Origin: a virus
Lineage: Duplodnaviria; Caudoviricetes
Length of the DNA: 47,835 nucleotides
Strand: one strand, 5' to 3'
Virus record (IMG/VR): IMGVR_UViG_3300049436_000142
Coordinates: 1-47,835 of that record
The position numbers and the translations under genes were made by a program. Numbering within the stretch: the stretch's first letter is position 1; the number at the start of each line of letters is the position of its first letter. This document shows positions 18,801 to 26,103 of the stretch, in pieces. The notes beneath the pieces are model-generated. The model saw only the letters and a program-made list of their open reading frames with translations, did not search any database and was not told where the DNA came from.

Positions 18801-21800
18801 GGATCGGGCTTGTCGTTAAGCCAATGCAGCGAGACCCTGTACGACAACACCGGCACCCGGGCGTTGTCGCGGCGATCGTACACGGACCTCTCAACGCCCA
18901 CCTACCTCCAAACGACGTTCGGGTACGATAACATGGGGCGACTGGTGCGAACGGTCGATCCGACGGGCACCATCAACAGGACAGGGCTCGATGGTCTTGG
19001 TCGTCCGGTGAACCACTCGGTGGGCACCGACGACACAGGCGAGATTGCCAGCACGCTCTCGGGCACTTCGAACATGTTCGTCACCGACAAGACCGCCTAT
19101 GACTCCGCGTCGATCGGCTCAATAATGCAGGGCGGAAACAGCTACGTGACGACCCGCGTGCTGTATCCGACCACGAGCTCCGGGGACGATCGAACGACCG
19201 AGTATCTCAACGACTTCCGCGGTCGCGCCGTGGTGGTCAAGAGCCCGGTATCGCCGCACACCCTCACCAAGTTCGACAATCGGCGGGCTGTGGCCGCGGG
19301 GTCGTACAGCTCATACTCCGGGCTCACCGCGCTCACGGACCCGACGACCACGTCCACCAACCGACTCGGACTGAGCGAGTCGTTCTTCGATGCCCGAGGG
19401 AAGGGATGGCGCCAGGTCCAGTGGGAGATCGATCAGTCCACCGGTGCCAAGACCGCCAGCGGCAGCCGGTTCTTGGAGTCTCGTATTGTGTTTGGACCCG
19501 GGGGAGAAATCTTGCAGTCCCGCAGTTCCGATGCGCACCGGTACAACTACGACCGCCTGCGCCGCCGCACCCATGACTGGAGCCTCGCGTACACCAGCGC
19601 GTGGCACACCAGCACGGGCGGGGGCGACACGGACCACGAGGTGTACGACGACCTATTCGACGCCACGACCAATACCACGCTGCTCTCCAGCAACACGTCC
19701 ACGGGCGACATTGTGCTCGAAGAGGGACGGACAGTGTACGACCCGAACCGGAACCTCGTGCTGGTGACGGCCATGGTCAGTCGCCATCACGACGACGAGA
19801 CCACGCACTATACGAGCACCACGACCACACGCGGTCCGCTCGACGGCACGAGCGGGACGAGCCCGGTCTTCGACGTCTCGGCCATCAACGGCCGTTTGCA
19901 CGGGATCACGGCGATGTACTACGATGAGCTGGACCGGGCCACGCTCACCGCGTCCTACGGCGACAACCGCAACACGACCGGGCTGATGGACTTCAGCTAC
20001 AACACCACCGCCCCGACCGCGAGCGCGACGGCCACTAGCACCACCGCGGCCGTGCTCACGAGCTGGCGTGACCACGACAAGTTCGGACGCACGCTTCGGG
20101 TCCACGACCCCAAGGACCTGAAGACGGAGTACATCTTTGACGATGCGGGGCGCATGACCAAGACCCGCACCAATGCCGTCGCCGGGAGCCCCGGAGAAGA
20201 CACTATGGACACGTACTTCACCTACGGCGCAACTGGCCTGCGCACGGAGATGTGGGTCGACAAGAACCTCAACGGGACGTACTCGGCCGCGTCGCCGGAC
20301 TTCGACCAGAAGACCGTGTATGGCTATGCGAACAACTCCAGCCCGGCCTCGGGTGATCCCGGCTCGGTCATAACGGTCGAGAACCTGCTCACGAGCGTGA
20401 CCTATCCGGACGGTGGCGTCGTGAAGTACGGGTACAACGCCCTGGGCCAGCAGAAGCAGATGAAGGACCAGGCCGGAAACTTCATCGACACGGCGTTCGA
20501 CGTCGGGGGGCGCGAGACGAGCCGGACCATGACCACCGTGGTGAGTCCCTTCGACTCGACGCTCCGCCGGATCAACACGACCTACGGCGATGCCCGGGGC
20601 ATAGTGACGCAGATCGCCCAGTATTCCGATACCAGCGCTTCCACCCTCCTCGACTCGGTCGGGTTCCACTACGACAACGCGGGGAATCTGGATCAGCGGA
20701 CCCAGACTGTGGACTCCCACGTCTGGACCACGACGCTCACGTATGATCTGCACATGCCCGATGGGTCGTCCAACCTCCGCACCAACTACGCGCTGGGCGA
20801 GCTGGGGTATCCCGACGGCACCCTCGTGGACTACGCGTACTCGAACTCGGGCTCCTGGGACAAAGCCGCCGAGCGAGTGAGCGCCGTGTCGGTCGATCGC
20901 GCCGACGACGGCGTCAGCGGGTTCACGCTGCTGGCAGGGTACTGGTACAACGGCCAGGCTGAACTGATCGAGAATCGCGAGTACTTCAGCACCGCCACGG
21001 GGATCACCGAGCGCTCGCTTGCCCAGTCGCTTGACGACGTCAACCCGTCGAACTACCGGCAGTACAACAACATCGACGCCTTCGATCGCGTCACCAACTC
21101 GTGGCTGCGCCGCGTGACCGTGACGACCACCCCGGCGACGTTCTACGCCACGTTCAACAAGACCAGCATGCTCACCAGCGCCCCTGCGCCCGGGTACGAC
21201 TTCGACTCCAACATTATCGGGCTCAAGGACGACCGGTGGGCGCTGTACTCCGCGGACTTCACCGTGGATGGTATGAACCGCCTCACGCAGCGGGCCAAGA
21301 CGACCGGCTCGGGCACCGGCCTTGTCGAGAGTTTTTCGATGGATCGGCTCGGGAACTTCATCGGCGCCTGCGGCGACACGCCCGCCGTGCCGGGAATCCT
21401 GACGGACTTCAACGGGGATGGGAACTACACGACCGGGGCGCTCAACACCAAGGACATGTTCGAGTGCCGGACGAGCAACACCTCCAACCAGATCACCCAG
21501 CGGTCGGGCACGACCCTTCCCGCCGCGCTGTCGCCAAGCTACGACATCGTCGGCAATCTGGTCGACGACGACACGACCATGAGCTCGACCACCGGCTACA
21601 CCTACACGTGGGACGCCATGGGTCGCCTCACAAGCGTGACGAGCAAGGCGACCAGCGCTCTCGTGGCCGAGTACCGCTACAGCGCCGATAACCACCGCAT
21701 AGCCTGGCGCTACGGCACGAGCAACCCCTGGTACTTCCCCGTGTACGACCACCGGTGGCGCATGATCGCCGTGTACAAGGCGGAGGTTGAGGCGGATCCG

Positions 21801-23243
21801 ACGCTGCAAGAGCGCTTCTACTACCACAATGCGGGGTTTGCCGGCGGCGGCGGCTCGATGTACATTGACAGCGTCATTGCTCGCGATGACGCTCGAACGA
21901 ACGTCGCACCTCCCGAGGAAGATCCTGTTTACCAGCTCATTCGCTGGATGTTCTACGCCCAGAACTGGCGCGGCGACGTTGTGGGCATGCTCAAATCCGA
22001 CGGCTCGCCCTACGAGCACGTCCGGTACACCTCCTACGGGAGGCCCATCGGCATGATCGCCAGCGAATGGGATGGGGACTTCGCCACGGGAACCAGTACC
22101 GACACGTCGACCTTTATCAGCGCTTGGTTCGCCGCCAACCCCTACTCGGACTTCAACATGGACGGGCAGCTGGCCACGCAGGACATCTTTGATTTCATCA
22201 ATGATGCGTTCGGACACTCATCAGGCGGATACGACGGGCTGGCGTCAGGATCTGCAAATCGCAAGGGGTATGCGGGCTACGAACACGACGTTGCAATTGC
22301 TTCGTTGCAACTGGCGAGAAGAAGATACTATCGAGCATCGTTCGCATCATGGCTGCGACGTGATCCTGCCGGAGCCGGCGTTGATGCAAATGCTTATACA
22401 TACGTTGATGATGATCCAATTGATGCAGTTGATCCATCCGGACTTATTTCCGAACAAGCGGGATCCTCCGGCTCATGCACTAGCTGCGGAAGCGTTGCCG
22501 CAATCGCTGGAGCTGTCAACGGTGCCCCGCCAGTGGCGATGATAGCGCCGCCCACAATGGGATTCCCGTGCGCGGACTACGATTTAATCCCTACGATACT
22601 TAAGCTCATGCAACAAAAGGGATGCAGAACGCCGACTGTATCGACGGCGCCACTTGGCGATCCGGTGTGCGCCGGGGGCGCTACGGCATATTACGATTGC
22701 ACCAACCATGCGATTGTTGTGTGTAAAGGCCCTCTGCCAAAAAAGGATCCTGGCATACAACTCTGGCCCGCCTCCACTGATCCGAGTGTTCAGCAAACAC
22801 CGCAACTCCCATGCATTGCCGTTCAGCACGAGCTTATTCATGCGCTAGATGTTTGCCAAGGAATCACCAGATGTGATATGGACCCCAATGGCGGAGGGCC
22901 GACCACTTGTCGTTCGCGAATTTGTACAGAGGCTAGAGCGTATTACTTTGGAAATACCAAGGCAAATGGTCTCAACAGTTGCTGCAAATCGGGCATGCTT
23001 GGCGGTTTCTTAGATTATAGTTGCATGCGATCATCGATTCGAAGATCGATTGGCGGGATGGGGTGCAATCCGAATGACGCGATGCTAGATGCAATAATCA
23101 AAGATTGTGTACCGACCACTGCATGCAAAGGAAAGGTCGTTCCCGGGGATCTTGCACCCGCCCGCACTGCGCCACCGTTTAAGTACCGTCCCCCGTTCGG
23201 CCCATCAGATCAGTTGCCGGGAACAGAACCATGGCGAATGTAG
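15822..23243 (+). CDS. Rhs/YD-repeat polymorphic toxin with Sec-type signal peptide, dockerin-like insert and HEXXH (M76/ATP23-like) C-terminal domain
   Basis: ATG 15822 with AGGAG RBS; leader WRAILGSLLLVFAASVSKG; DUF6531-like GVDLSNG...DLSLPSAGFPWTIARSY; many YD repeats (YDPQGRL, YDNMGRL, YDELDR, WDAMGRL); core end RYY...WLRRDP...NAYTYVDDDPIDAVDPSGL (DPSGL at 22431-22445); tip HELIH at 22827. Confidence 0.93.
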   Translation: MRSFTPSIGSMISSTARGLGWRAILGSLLLVFAASVSKGSTVTSPLMNCLASDSNVIGACSSGNWKDFIEALEKCLDRRLTPEELIGLIDYFEDHCLPPPVPAPPLCLELRDYLDGRTDLSCDQKNQVLKQRRCPYRFQCAIKDPSPPTPPPCGDCPDKGIEPPPYPSPQPPVSWKLAVSENPFGRPHSMPPKMAGVDLSNGSIDRTVVDLSLPSAGFPWTIARSYGARQLDETGTHRDVNNYQGWNWMQTSEPQLYYHSVAELTGEIERVDLLLDGETQLSFVEVQPQSGVFKAHGNAAGVVYHDLSAGTWIYYDQAGNTMTFIDKGVNGSGVGVNRFWKMEDPAGNVAYVGSLSSTSAAESAGYDGTTNHIKLAFDTNGRQYDYAYSGSTIGGAYRLMSVIVTQSTVEIARVEYAYYGDGTNDPKDTSTGAVTGLDGDLKLVSVRIPTSVSGDSITHKTHYRYYVDDSTTTTDKKGYRHTLKSIVGPEGVRRYEIATAHSILDPTYAYDSTITTYTSEYMEYHQPSAAAFNPERYVKVKYNNGECGCGGGSLNGSYQFDYSWMTAIAEWGGSPAYYGSPSFRAEVTQPDGVRVNQYTDVQGLSTGTITVATDIAGTYYWMTSLERDADDTILGHSGTGYVNAAYSPGAVDASTGFSLANGTMTTLSTGLVQHYVYYTDPTLAGFTRHTKISDGNGSAIQTLMSTTEYVAQTRAWTYSASLGTVNVSIRRPFVQYSWAYDDAQTTEADSSIPTFPTGAHRTQMDYTFWSTTASDVEYIVPQSITTTLPRVSVHTNGRGDGGSDPVVFSSAYFRLDGTGAFTRELAYDDRADAVYTYTLYSGGLPVMRKVDLDSGDGDIDSADDPLGVFGIADMASSSSGLLTQKTTFTYDPQGRLSSTDLYAELSGGSGDRATLTYYTKLADGRAAVLSIPKYLGGGTPTYYGPASYSVVNQAGRGEFSGTIGFGSSTPFTTTTAINTWINTGATAPIAAVSGSGLSLSQCSETLYDNTGTRALSRRSYTDLSTPTYLQTTFGYDNMGRLVRTVDPTGTINRTGLDGLGRPVNHSVGTDDTGEIASTLSGTSNMFVTDKTAYDSASIGSIMQGGNSYVTTRVLYPTTSSGDDRTTEYLNDFRGRAVVVKSPVSPHTLTKFDNRRAVAAGSYSSYSGLTALTDPTTTSTNRLGLSESFFDARGKGWRQVQWEIDQSTGAKTASGSRFLESRIVFGPGGEILQSRSSDAHRYNYDRLRRRTHDWSLAYTSAWHTSTGGGDTDHEVYDDLFDATTNTTLLSSNTSTGDIVLEEGRTVYDPNRNLVLVTAMVSRHHDDETTHYTSTTTTRGPLDGTSGTSPVFDVSAINGRLHGITAMYYDELDRATLTASYGDNRNTTGLMDFSYNTTAPTASATATSTTAAVLTSWRDHDKFGRTLRVHDPKDLKTEYIFDDAGRMTKTRTNAVAGSPGEDTMDTYFTYGATGLRTEMWVDKNLNGTYSAASPDFDQKTVYGYANNSSPASGDPGSVITVENLLTSVTYPDGGVVKYGYNALGQQKQMKDQAGNFIDTAFDVGGRETSRTMTTVVSPFDSTLRRINTTYGDARGIVTQIAQYSDTSASTLLDSVGFHYDNAGNLDQRTQTVDSHVWTTTLTYDLHMPDGSSNLRTNYALGELGYPDGTLVDYAYSNSGSWDKAAERVSAVSVDRADDGVSGFTLLAGYWYNGQAELIENREYFSTATGITERSLAQSLDDVNPSNYRQYNNIDAFDRVTNSWLRRVTVTTTPATFYATFNKTSMLTSAPAPGYDFDSNIIGLKDDRWALYSADFTVDGMNRLTQRAKTTGSGTGLVESFSMDRLGNFIGACGDTPAVPGILTDFNGDGNYTTGALNTKDMFECRTSNTSNQITQRSGTTLPAALSPSYDIVGNLVDDDTTMSSTTGYTYTWDAMGRLTSVTSKATSALVAEYRYSADNHRIAWRYGTSNPWYFPVYDHRWRMIAVYKAEVEADPTLQERFYYHNAGFAGGGGSMYIDSVIARDDARTNVAPPEEDPVYQLIRWMFYAQNWRGDVVGMLKSDGSPYEHVRYTSYGRPIGMIASEWDGDFATGTSTDTSTFISAWFAANPYSDFNMDGQLATQDIFDFINDAFGHSSGGYDGLASGSANRKGYAGYEHDVAIASLQLARRRYYRASFASWLRRDPAGAGVDANAYTYVDDDPIDAVDPSGLISEQAGSSGSCTSCGSVAAIAGAVNGAPPVAMIAPPTMGFPCADYDLIPTILKLMQQKGCRTPTVSTAPLGDPVCAGGATAYYDCTNHAIVVCKGPLPKKDPGIQLWPASTDPSVQQTPQLPCIAVQHELIHALDVCQGITRCDMDPNGGGPTTCRSRICTEARAYYFGNTKANGLNSCCKSGMLGGFLDYSCMRSSIRRSIGGMGCNPNDAMLDAIIKDCVPTTACKGKVVPGDLAPARTAPPFKYRPPFGPSDQLPGTEPWRM

Positions 23244-23770
23244 TACATCGAATTGGTTCCGGCGCCACAGTGGTCCGAACATGCGCGGGCGTGGGCTTGC
23301 TTATGAGTTTGGCGGCGATAACCCTAATGCTGGTAGTTGCCATGCAAGCAACGCTGAAACAGGGCGCGGGGGATGAAAAATCTTCGATTCAAAATCGAGA
23401 CGGGTCTCTATTTTATGAAGAAGTGCATGAATTTGGATGGCCGTTAGAGTGCATGTATTTCCGACTAACGAGGCGTGTGGGAGGTTTTGTGCCATCTGAC
23501 GGTTGGGAGATGAATGTGCAGGATGGGCTGGTTGTATCGGAATACGACTACCATCGATTGGGAGTCGTAATGCCGCTTGGAATATATTGGGGCCCAATGA
23601 CATACGATTTCATTATCTGGAGCATGCTGTGGGGCGTGGTCGGCCTGTTTGCGTTCCGCGGTTGGGTACGTTTGCGTAAAGGGACCGGTGCTAAATGTCG
23701 TTGGTGCCGATATCGTCTAGCCGGTTTGCCAACCGCACGCTGTCCAGAGTGCGGACAGATGAACCCCTAG
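23231..23770 (+). CDS. Putative immunity protein: two-TM membrane protein with C-terminal Zn ribbon
   Basis: Overlaps the Rhs stop by 13 nt and shares the AT-richer composition of the toxin tip. TM1, FGWP motif, TM2, then CRWCRY.L.GL...CPECG. Confidence 0.65.
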   Translation: MANVVHRIGSGATVVRTCAGVGLLMSLAAITLMLVVAMQATLKQGAGDEKSSIQNRDGSLFYEEVHEFGWPLECMYFRLTRRVGGFVPSDGWEMNVQDGLVVSEYDYHRLGVVMPLGIYWGPMTYDFIIWSMLWGVVGLFAFRGWVRLRKGTGAKCRWCRYRLAGLPTARCPECGQMNP

Positions 23771-23899
23771 TGTAGGACTATATTTGCTACTGAGCGCGGC
23801 ACAAATCCGCGACTCACGTGGTGACACCTGGGACGACCAGCGGGATGGCCCTGAAGAATGATCGCAGGAGCTTTTGATCGCTGGCAATGTCGGCCAGCG

Positions 23900-24413
23900 C
23901 GACGCCTGTTTCCAGCCGCAGGTCGTCGCCTCGTCCACGACAATCAGCGTGGCGCGGCGTCGCCTCGTTTTTTTTCGATGGCCGGGAACTCGACCTTCAG
24001 GAACCGCTTGATCGCCACCTCGTCGCGCTCGCGGGCCCGCCCCATGGGCCTCTGCACCGAGAGAGACCCAGCCCGCGCACGAAGCGGTTGAGATGATCCT
24101 CGTGGCACTTCACCCCGAACTGGCGCTCGATGTACTCGGCGATCATCGGCAGCGTCCAGAGCTCGCTCTCAAAGCCGCTGGCCGCGGGCGACTTGATGAT
24201 CAACCGCCTGACGGTCTTCCAGTGCTCGCGTTCGAGCTTGAGCGGCCGCCCGCTCTTGGGCACGCTCTTGGGCGCCTTGGTGCCGCCCAGCCTCGCCAGC
24301 TTGCCCCACATTTGCACGCAGTTGCGCGCCACCCCGAGGTCGGTCGCGACCACCACCGCGGACTCACCGGCCCGAAGCCGACGCACCACCTCCATCCGCC
24401 GCTCATCCCACAA
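23900..24413 (-). pseudogene. IS630-family transposase remnant
   Basis: HTH region (GRPLKL, WTLPMIAEYIERQFGV). After a frameshift it reads QRPMGRARERDEVAIKRF...EKK, then an A8 slippery run (23968-23975), then TLIVVDE. The rest of the DDE domain is not recognisable. Confidence 0.8.
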
Positions 24414-24862
24414 GTCTGCCGCGCGTTTGTGACCGCGCCAGGAATGAGTCAGGTATATTTACTATCACCCGCGAGTACTTGGAGGCTGGAAGCGACACCA
24501 ATCGGGAACCCGGGCCTTCCGAATGGCTGGACACGAGACAGATTTCCAGGAGAGTTTGCGACTCTGCGACCTTGGCAGGTTTGCCGCACGAGTGTTACCG
24601 CGATGTGGTATCACGCGGTTGGGTCCCTGATACCGCCCGCACTTGGGCGGGTACTCGCGACGAACCGCTGAAATGCCGCGCAATCTGTGTCAGGGTCTGT
24701 CGGTCCCGAAATTCCCAACCCTTTGACTGGTAGGCACTTAGGGTACGGCCGCCCTCGTCAAGGGGTGACAAAACCGCCAATTGCGTATCTCCGAAAGCCC
24801 GTATGAGGCCCCCGCTATTGCCCGGGTCGTCCAGAAACTGGCCGACCCACCCGTTAGAAGTG

Positions 24863-24890
24863 AACGCCCCGACCGCAAGGCCGGGGCGTT
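24863..24890. terminator. GC-rich hairpin, probable intrinsic terminator
   Basis: aacgccccg-acc-gcaa-ggc-cggggcgtt followed by tgcgtttc. Confidence 0.55.
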
Positions 24891-25240
24891 TGCGTTTCCG
24901 GGCCGCGTTTTGCCGAGTCTCTCGACATGCCCCACCGCGGGAAGTCTCACTGACTTGCGCCGTGAGACTCACGGGGCGCGGCATCTGGCCTGCGGGGACG
25001 CGTCCAAACCCCAAAAGTCTCAGAGTCTCTGCGTCTCACCCTGCACGCCGTTATAGCCGTGACCCGACAGCTCGTGGGTCGGCAACACATGGCGAGTTCG
25101 GCAGGGGCGACGGCGATTTCGAACGCAAACTCGGTTGGTGTGATGCCGACGCATCGGCTCGCTTCGCGTGGGCGTTCCAGCGAGCGTGCTGGCGAAGCTG
25201 CCACACGAATCGAAACCAGTTGTGCGTTCACATGCCCAGT

Positions 25241-25280
25241 GCGGACAGCCCGCCTCCGCGTGGCGTATGTAGCCGGGGAG
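25241..25280 (+). promoter_or_regulatory. Bipartite promoter-like motif, copy 1 (upstream of the recombinase operon)
   Basis: GCGGACAGC-N12-GGCGTATGTAGCCGGGGAG; both blocks and the spacer length are identical to 40769-40808. Confidence 0.7.
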
Positions 25281-25348
25281 AAGGCATGCCTTGCCTTCTC
25301 GCCCCCACGCCACCTCAATCGTCCGACGACGAGCCGGGAGCACCACCG

Positions 25349-25588
25349 ATGGTTGCCAATGACGATGACGCCAATCTGTCCGCCGACCAGCGCCGCCGCG
25401 AGGTAATCGCCATCCTCGCGACCGGCGCGATGCGATGGCACCGGCGTGCCAAGGCGACGGGCCTTGTTGTTGGCACGGTTGAAGCTGCCACACACGCCCC
25501 GACACCGCAGCATCAAGAAGAAGCGGACATCGAACTTGAACTGGGCGAGGAAGCCGGCCTCAGTGTGTCTGACCGTACCGCGCGTTAG
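25349..25588 (+). CDS. Small hypothetical protein preceding DUF2924
   Basis: ATG with GGGAG RBS; LSADQRRREVIAILATGAMR resembles the short ORFs that usually head DUF2924-LSR operons. Confidence 0.6.
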   Translation: MVANDDDANLSADQRRREVIAILATGAMRWHRRAKATGLVVGTVEAATHAPTPQHQEEADIELELGEEAGLSVSDRTAR

Positions 25589-25614
25589 CGGTGCGGGCAT
25601 CTGGAGACTTGCCC

Positions 25615-26103
25615 ATGACGATAACCGTTTCGAAGGATCTCGCGGCGCTGGAAAAGATGACGATCGGCGAATTGCACGATCGCTACGCCGAGCTCTTCGG
25701 CGAGCGGATTCAGAGCCGCCACCGCATCTACCTCGTCCGCCGCATCGCGTGGCGCATCCAGGCCAACGCCGAAGGTGGCTTGTCCGAACGAGCCCGTGTC
25801 CGAGCGGCCCAACTCGCCAACCCGACCGACGTGCGGCGTACGCCGCCCAAGTGGGCCACGCTCGGGGAGGCCCCCAAGGACGCCAAGAAGGTCGCCCTCG
25901 CCGCCACGGCGGACCCACGGCTACCACCCGCGGGAACGGCGATCGTCCGGGACTACCGGGGCCGGACGGTGCGGGTCGTGGTGCTGGCGGACGGGTTCGA
26001 GTTCGAGGGTGAGCGCTACCGCTCCCTGTCGGCGATCGCCAAAGCGGTCACCGGATCGCACGTCAACGGATTCCGGTTCTTCAACCTGGAGGGCCGTCGA
26101 TGA
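25615..26103 (+). CDS. DUF2924 domain protein
   Basis: LVRRIAWRIQANAEGGLS, GTAIVRDYRG, GFEFEGERYRSLSAIAKAVTGSHVNGFRFF; GGAG RBS. Confidence 0.9.
   Translation: MTITVSKDLAALEKMTIGELHDRYAELFGERIQSRHRIYLVRRIAWRIQANAEGGLSERARVRAAQLANPTDVRRTPPKWATLGEAPKDAKKVALAATADPRLPPAGTAIVRDYRGRTVRVVVLADGFEFEGERYRSLSAIAKAVTGSHVNGFRFFNLEGRR

Noticed and set aside
19653-22217. Long minus-strand ORFs opposite the Rhs (also 15840..17396), and similar ones opposite hsdM, hsdR, the AAA gene and the helicase
   Set aside because: Antisense shadows typical of high-GC coding DNA; the opposite strand carries the recognisable motifs.
23968-23975. A8 slippery site as a novel recoding signal
   Set aside because: It is the ordinary IS630 inter-ORF frameshift position in a truncated, already frameshifted element.
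24430-25240. Intact tRNA or other structured RNA gene
   Set aside because: No cloverleaf or GTTCRA T-loop found by eye; only an 11-bp tRNA-like 3' fragment and a hairpin.
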